From Syntrophales bacterium (GTDB lineage Bacteria; Desulfobacterota; Syntrophia; Syntrophales; UBA2210), in assembly GCA_963662405.2 (NCBI GenBank), contig CAXXKT010000002.1:96001-160000 (forward strand): a DNA stretch of 64,000 nt, given 5' to 3'. This document shows, piece after piece, positions 58,132 to 64,000 of this stretch; the stretch's first letter is position 1; each line of letters opens with the position of its first letter. Under the pieces are notes generated by a model. The model was not told the origin of the DNA and did not search any database. It saw nothing but the letters and a program-made list of their open reading frames with translations. The position numbers and the translations under genes are program-made.

Positions 58132-60869
58132 TTGTGCTCCTTGATCCTTTCCCGAAGCACCCAGTTGCTGACAACCAGTTGATCCGTGAGGATCCGGGCA
58201 ATATTCCTGAAGATGCGGCTGGCAATATGCGGATACAGACTGTGCAGACGCTCCATACTCTGTCGGCTGAATTCCACAAATTGAATGTCGGTTTCGGCGC
58301 GGGTGTCGGCGGAACGGGGCTGTTCATCCAGCATGGACAGATGACCGAAGATATCTCCGGGGCTGAACTGGTTATAAGCGACCTCCGTCCGGGTTTCGTC
58401 ATGGATACCATAGCGACGCACGTGCCCCTCAAGGAGAAGGAACATACCGTCTCCGTGGTCACCTTCCCGGTAGATATGCTCGCCGCGAGAGGCCTTCCTC
58501 ATCCGGCCGAGAAGAATGATCTTTTTGACCTGCCACATCCGCATCCCCCTGAAGAACTCGGACTGCTCGATCACCTCTTTTTTGAGATTGAGGCTGAGGA
58601 TATCCCACAGTGTCAGCAGACGGGTCGATGATAAGAGTATGGGAGTGATCAGGATATCGTTCAGGAATGCCACCAGCATGACGATGGCCGAGAGGACCCC
58701 GAAATAGATGATAGCCACAAAATTGGAAAAGGCCAGGACAACAAAACCGAGGGCCAGGGCTATGGAGGTCGAAAACACCGGCTGCAGTTCCGTCTGAATA
58801 CAAAACCCGAGTGCCTGTTGCTGATCTTTTGCCTTGTGCATCTCCGTGTTATAACGGGTCATGAGATGGATGGTATCGTCTATCGATATGCCGATGGCGA
58901 TGACCGCAACCATGGCGGTCCCCACGTTCAGAGGAATGGAAAAGAGTCCCATAATACCGAAATTGACGGCAACGGGTATCACATTGGGGATCAGCGAAAG
59001 CAACCCGGCCTTTATATTGAGAAACAATACCGACATGATGACGAAGATGATGAAGAGGAGAAGGGTAATCGATTTGATCTGCCCTTCCGCGATGGAATCG
59101 GCGGCACTCAGGGTCAGGATGCTCTCACCCGTCAGTTCGTACGTGAAATGCGCGTTGAGGTTCGAATCAATAAACCGCTTCAACTCCTCGATAGCTTCTT
59201 TCTGGCGGTGAGAAGAGTTGAGGTTATGACGAACCATGATGTTCAGCTCGCTGAAATCGGGGGTGACATATCGGTTCAAGAGATTGCCTTCAAAAAAGAG
59301 GAGGTATTGGGATACCTTCTGTGCAGTCGATGGCAGTTCATACGAAGCCGGATCGCCACCGTTCATCTCCCTGTTGACGAGCTTGATCATGTCAACGAGA
59401 GACATGGAAAGATCGAGCTTTGGATTTTCCTTGATGAATCTCTGTATCGCATCGATCTCGGCCAGGTTCTTCGGGTCTTGAAAGAGTCCTTCATGCCCCC
59501 CGTTGATTCGGATAAAGAATGTCTGGGCACCGGGGAGTTCGCGACTCATCTCGTTGATTCTTTGAACGATGGGGGAATCCTTTTTGAAAAGTCCCATGAT
59601 ATCATTATCAAGTCTGACATTGATGCTGAATGCACCGATAACGGCGGACAGTCCCAAGACAACCCATAAAACGGTCCGTTTCCTGGCAGTGACCAGATAC
59701 GTTATCCGTTCGGCCATACGGTTGTAAAAGAGAGACTGCGCGGATTTTTCCCGGCGCCTCGGTATCGATCCAAAAAACCGCAGGTAAACGGGAGCTGCAA
59801 GACAGGTAACAACCGGATTTACAAACAGGCCAAAAGAGGCGACCATGCCGAACTGCCTGAGAATTATAATGTTATTCACACAAATGGACAGAAAACCCAG
59901 AAACGTCGTCAGGGCGGTAACCATAACCACCGTTCCCATCCGGGAGATCATGAATTCAATCGCCAGAGCCCTGGTGCCCTTCAGGTTGACTCCCGCGAAG
60001 TACTCCGAAAGCAGGTGAACATCCTCCGTTGAACCGACCACAATGATCAGGGGTGGGACAATGATGGTCAGGATGTTGATGGGGATCTGGGCGATGCTCA
60101 TAAACCCCGCCGTCAGCAGGATACTTATACCGGCCGTCAGCATGGGCAGAGCGGCGCCGCTCATGGACCTAGTGGTCAGAATCAATACCCCGAAGAGTAT
60201 CAGGGCGGAGAGGGGAATCAGGCTCTTCACGTCCATGGTCATCATGTCTGAGATCTGTGTCTTCAGATACGGATTGCCCAACTGCTCGATAACGCTAAAA
60301 TCCTTCTTCATCGGTTCGATGAGATGGTCCACAGCATCGGCGAGGGTCCGGTAAAATCCGGGGTTATTCCCTTCCGGCTCAATGAAAAGATTAATCGATA
60401 TGGCCTCCCCATCCCGGGATACGAGATTGTCGGCAATCAACGGATTTCTCAAGGCATCTTCGAGTATGGCGCGGGCCTCATCAACCGATTCGGGAAATAT
60501 ATCCATCAGCGGATTACTGCTGAGCATCCCCTCCTCACTTTTTAAATTCGTTACCGAGAAGATGCTTTCAACCGTCGTTACCCCGGACAGTTCTTCGAGA
60601 TCCAGGACCAGTGTCTCCAACTTTTCCAGCTTTTCCGGTGTAAAGATACCCTTGTCACGGACAAAAACGATACTGATCTGATCCGATCCGAACGTCTCCA
60701 GGGCATCCTGGTAAGCCAGACGAGCAGGATCGTTTCTCACCGTCATCCCCTCCATCGAGGGGTCCTGTTTAAGATTGGGGAGTTGCAAGACAGCACAGAG
60801 GCATGAGGTCAGGAGGACAGTGATCACACTCCATGGGTGATCGTAAGCGAACTGTAATATTTTACGCAT
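58128..60869 (-). CDS. MMPL/RND-family transporter with C-terminal cyclic-nucleotide-binding domain
   Basis: Two RND TM repeats (VGSTEDVH; GISIDDTIH); IYREGD..GD.FG..PRSA cNMP domain. Confidence 0.88.
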   Translation of the reverse strand: MRKILQFAYDHPWSVITVLLTSCLCAVLQLPNLKQDPSMEGMTVRNDPARLAYQDALETFGSDQISIVFVRDKGIFTPEKLEKLETLVLDLEELSGVTTVESIFSVTNLKSEEGMLSSNPLMDIFPESVDEARAILEDALRNPLIADNLVSRDGEAISINLFIEPEGNNPGFYRTLADAVDHLIEPMKKDFSVIEQLGNPYLKTQISDMMTMDVKSLIPLSALILFGVLILTTRSMSGAALPMLTAGISILLTAGFMSIAQIPINILTIIVPPLIIVVGSTEDVHLLSEYFAGVNLKGTRALAIEFMISRMGTVVMVTALTTFLGFLSICVNNIIILRQFGMVASFGLFVNPVVTCLAAPVYLRFFGSIPRRREKSAQSLFYNRMAERITYLVTARKRTVLWVVLGLSAVIGAFSINVRLDNDIMGLFKKDSPIVQRINEMSRELPGAQTFFIRINGGHEGLFQDPKNLAEIDAIQRFIKENPKLDLSMSLVDMIKLVNREMNGGDPASYELPSTAQKVSQYLLFFEGNLLNRYVTPDFSELNIMVRHNLNSSHRQKEAIEELKRFIDSNLNAHFTYELTGESILTLSAADSIAEGQIKSITLLLFIIFVIMSVLFLNIKAGLLSLIPNVIPVAVNFGIMGLFSIPLNVGTAMVAVIAIGISIDDTIHLMTRYNTEMHKAKDQQQALGFCIQTELQPVFSTSIALALGFVVLAFSNFVAIIYFGVLSAIVMLVAFLNDILITPILLSSTRLLTLWDILSLNLKKEVIEQSEFFRGMRMWQVKKIILLGRMRKASRGEHIYREGDHGDGMFLLLEGHVRRYGIHDETRTEVAYNQFSPGDIFGHLSMLDEQPRSADTRAETDIQFVEFSRQSMERLHSLYPHIASRIFRNIARILTDQLVVSNWVLRERIKEHK

Positions 60870-60977
60870 CAGCGGACTCGAGGCAATGATGACCGCAGTA
60901 CAGGAACGGATTCGGAATTCTTGTGAATAACAGGTGCGTTTTCAATCATGTCTGCCATAGATAAAATGGCCCTTCCT

Positions 60978-61775
60978 CTACTGAAGATGTTTTCCGGAGA
61001 GAATAAAACCCTCTGTGAATACAGAATCATCCAGAATAATGTCAGCTCGCCGGTTCTTGACACCCATAAGCGTTTTCTGGTTTATCTTGTGACGGACAAT
61101 CAGGGCCTTCTTCGCGGTCCAAGCGTCGCCGTCAAGCCTTTCGAGATCGTGGTTGGTCTGGGTCTTGAGCAATCTTCCCCGATGATCATAAAATTCAATC
61201 TTTACCGTAAAGAGGATATCCTTTCGCACATAGACCACACGTTTTGAATAGCCGCTTCTCTTCGCCTTTTCCTTCGTGCCGGGCACAATACTGATCACAT
61301 AGCAGTCATTCCCGTCCAGTGATTTTTCGTCTCCAAGGGCGTACGTATACTCATCCATCTGATCCGGCATCAGGTCTTCATAGGTCAGGTCGGTGCCCAT
61401 GAAATAGCTCTTCAGGCTGCTGCGTGCCATGCGCTGGAGTTTTTTCTCACTTGGCAGGTACAGCCACTGTTTGCTTTGACCACCGTCAAGCTCCCAGGTC
61501 AAGAGAGCAGTACCCGCAATATCCTTGGGCTCGCGGAATACGATCAGACTTCGCGTCAATCCGCTATCAGACTCCTTGATATATCGTTTGATAAAGCGCT
61601 CTTTCCGGTTCCCCTTTGTATCGATAATCAGCATGACGATATCCGCCGTATCAGTTTTTACACTATGTCTTTCCTGTACAAGGTCCATGATACGGCGCCC
61701 CGTCATCTCTTCGGCACAGACACCCCCGGGAAGCACAAAGACAATAACTGACAGAAAAACGATAACTTGCTTCAT
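60978..61775 (-). CDS. Outer-membrane lipoprotein-sorting (LolA-like) protein
   Basis: Signal peptide; P.DI.GT.LL, QWLYLP, FMGTDLTYEDL, YSKR, FYD..G.LLK. Confidence 0.85.
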   Translation of the reverse strand: MKQVIVFLSVIVFVLPGGVCAEEMTGRRIMDLVQERHSVKTDTADIVMLIIDTKGNRKERFIKRYIKESDSGLTRSLIVFREPKDIAGTALLTWELDGGQSKQWLYLPSEKKLQRMARSSLKSYFMGTDLTYEDLMPDQMDEYTYALGDEKSLDGNDCYVISIVPGTKEKAKRSGYSKRVVYVRKDILFTVKIEFYDHRGRLLKTQTNHDLERLDGDAWTAKKALIVRHKINQKTLMGVKNRRADIILDDSVFTEGFILSGKHLQ

Positions 61776-62394
61776 ATTATCCCCTTGCACGTAATCAAGA
61801 AATCCTCTCCAGTTCTAAGATTCAAGTCGGGAGAAGATCTGCTTGGTGAGTATGACCAACAATCCGATCCTCTGGGAGGAGCGCAGTCTATCACGTTTTT
61901 CCACTGTGTACTGTCAGATAAATCGTTCAGACACAACATAAACTTGAGAAAATATTTTTCCCTTCGCCGACCACGACATCCTCAGGAAAAATCGTATAAA
62001 TGGAATGAGGTGGTTTTCAGCACCCACCAACGAGGTCCAACCAACCCCACCCCGAAGAGAAGGAGTATAACGAAAACGAACAATACATCGCATGTTAATT
62101 CAATAAATAAAGAGGGTTATCTTATATCATCGGGGAGCCGCGGGGGATCTCTTCTGTCCTTTGTATGTTCAAAGGCCTTCCACCATTTTCCTCATATCTC
62201 CCTGGCTCGCTCATTGTAAGAGCTCGGATAACATGATATTCAATTTATCTTTAATGGTCAGGTGAGATCGTGAGACCCATGGCACGATACTGAAACCGGC
62301 ATTTTTATGGCAGCGCCGTGGCTCCGAACGCGGCCCTGCTCAGCGATGATCACACCTCGAGGTGCGATATCGCGGAGAGGAGCATGGCACTCCT

Positions 62395-63273
62395 ATGATG
62401 ATACACAATCAAGGAATAAGCGAGATTATCGAGCGGCGTTTTTCATGCCGCTCCTATGATCTGCGACCGATCGCTTCTGATATCAGAGATGAACTGTCGG
62501 AGATTCTGGACGCATTATCGAGCGGCCCTCTGGGCGGAAAAGCCCGCCTTGAGCTGATAGCGGCGGGTGCCGATGACGTTGCCTCCTTGAAGGGTCTGGG
62601 GACGTACGGTTTCATCAAGGGTGCCACGGGTTTCATCGTCTGCGCGACTGACCGGAGCGGGAACCCAATGGAGGATTGTGGCTATCTGATCGAAGAGGCC
62701 ATCCTCTTCGCGGCGGACAGGGGCCTCGGTACCTGCTGGCTGGGCGGCACCTTCAACAAGAGCGGTTTTTCGCGGAAGATTTCCCTGAAAGAGACCGAGA
62801 TCATACCGGCCGTGGTGGCCATCGGATACCCTGCGAACAGACGCCGCCTCTTTGATTCCTTCATCCGACGCCGGGCCGGATCGGACAGCCGCCTTGCATG
62901 GGATACCCTCTTTTTCGATGGAGACTTCCGCGCCGCTTTGTCGTCCGAAAGGGCAAAGGCGTATGCAAGGCCCCTGGAAATGGTACGACTGGGGCCGTCC
63001 GCGTCAAACAACCAACCCTGGCGTGTCATCCGTGACGGCGCTCGGTGGCACTTCTATCTGCAACGCACGAAGGGCTATCGCACTCGCAACGCGAAGCTCT
63101 TCAAGCTTCCGGACCTGCAGCGGGTCGATATGGGGATCGCCATGTGCCACTTCGAATTCACCGCAAGGGAGTCGGGCCTCTCCGGAGCGTGGATCATCGC
63201 CGACCCGGGGATCGAGAAGCCGGATAGACTCACTGAATATGTCGTCACCTGGCGACACGGAGGACAGGGATAA
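62395..63273 (+). CDS. Nitroreductase family protein (two-domain)
   Basis: RFSCRSY, GLGTCWLG, GPSASNNQPW, DMGIAMCH. Confidence 0.88.
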   Translation: MMIHNQGISEIIERRFSCRSYDLRPIASDIRDELSEILDALSSGPLGGKARLELIAAGADDVASLKGLGTYGFIKGATGFIVCATDRSGNPMEDCGYLIEEAILFAADRGLGTCWLGGTFNKSGFSRKISLKETEIIPAVVAIGYPANRRRLFDSFIRRRAGSDSRLAWDTLFFDGDFRAALSSERAKAYARPLEMVRLGPSASNNQPWRVIRDGARWHFYLQRTKGYRTRNAKLFKLPDLQRVDMGIAMCHFEFTARESGLSGAWIIADPGIEKPDRLTEYVVTWRHGGQG

Positions 63274-64000
63274 TGTACAATTTTGACGAGCCCGTCGACC
63301 GCCGCGGCACGAACAGCCTGAAGTGGGATCTTTACAAGGGGACGGATATCATTCCCCTGTGGGTGGCGGATATGGATTTCCGGGTCTCACCGGCGATTGC
63401 CCAGGCCCTGCGGGCCCATGTCGACCATGGGGTATTCGGGTATACCCTTGTTCCCGATAAGCTGGTCGATGTGGTGGTCGAGCGACTGGCGGCGCGGTAC
63501 GGATGGAAAATCGAACGGGACTGGATCGTCTGGCTCCCGGGACTGGTGACGGGGATCAACGTGGCCTGTCGGGCCGTGGGCGACACAGGTGACGATGTCC
63601 TCACCACGACGCCGATATACCCCCCCTTCCTGACCGCCCCGGGAAACGCGTCACGGACGCTCACTACGGTCCCGCTGACTGAACGAAAAGATGGCTGGGG
63701 GATTGATTTTGACCGCCTGGAAGAAGCCATCACACCACGCACCCGTCTGCTCCTTCTGTGCAGTCCCCATAATCCGACGGGACGGGTCTTCACCCGCGAC
63801 GAACTGACCACCCTGGCACAGATCTGTGATCGGCACGATATCGTGATCTGCTCTGATGAGATTCACTGTGAACTGGTCCTCGACACCGACCAGGGGCACA
63901 TCCCCACGGCGGCCCTGCAGCCGGACGTGGAGCAGCGGGCCATCACGCTCATGGCGCCGAGTAAGACCTTCAACATACCGGGGCTGGGGTGTTCCTTCGC
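63273..64000 (+). CDS. patB: PatB/MalY-type PLP C-S lyase (3'-truncated by window edge; absent from the ORF track)
   Basis: Translated by hand: MYNFDEPVDRRGTNSLKWD, WVADMDF, HGVFGY, CSPHNPTG, SDEIH, APSKTFNIPGL. Confidence 0.9.
   Translation, partial: MYNFDEPVDRRGTNSLKWDLYKGTDIIPLWVADMDFRVSPAIAQALRAHVDHGVFGYTLVPDKLVDVVVERLAARYGWKIERDWIVWLPGLVTGINVACRAVGDTGDDVLTTTPIYPPFLTAPGNASRTLTTVPLTERKDGWGIDFDRLEEAITPRTRLLLLCSPHNPTGRVFTRDELTTLAQICDRHDIVICSDEIHCELVLDTDQGHIPTAALQPDVEQRAITLMAPSKTFNIPGLGCSF

Noticed and set aside
61800..62360. Long intergenic region as ncRNA or the 150-aa ORF 61767..62219
   Set aside because: No RNA family motif or credible protein features; probably divergent promoters

Overview
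Chromosomal segment (mostly ~55-60% GC by eye) of an anaerobic deltaproteobacterium-like organism (Desulfobacterota, possibly Syntrophales; inferred from gene content). Housekeeping genes include rsmA, tsaD, nadB, gcvT-H-PA-PB-lipA, lpdA, pyrKD, rimI, a mannose-class PTS IIA/B/C, an M16 peptidase pair, an AddAB-like helicase/nuclease and patB. The main signal is at 41.5-45.2 kb: a Cys-rich MarR regulator with its own palindromic operator precedes the mercury-methylation genes hgcA-hgcB. hgcA has an unannotated N-terminal extension with an in-frame TGA followed by a clean SECIS-like hairpin (probable selenocysteine). The next gene is a thiolase-fold protein, paired with DUF35, whose catalytic-Cys position is an in-frame TGA, making it a candidate new selenoenzyme. 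Other notable items are: (a) an 8-gene operon joining two double-cubane-cluster proteins, their ATP-dependent activator, an ABC importer, a TauE/TSUP protein, a methyltransferase-corrinoid fusion and a MetH-type reactivation domain; (b) a tandem pair of pseudo-receiver regulators; (c) a degenerate duplicate of the addA 3' end bracketing an inserted islet, followed by a low-GC gene; (d) five single-base indels in 34.7-38.4 kb, probably assembly errors. No rRNA, tRNA, CRISPR array or intact transposase was recognised.
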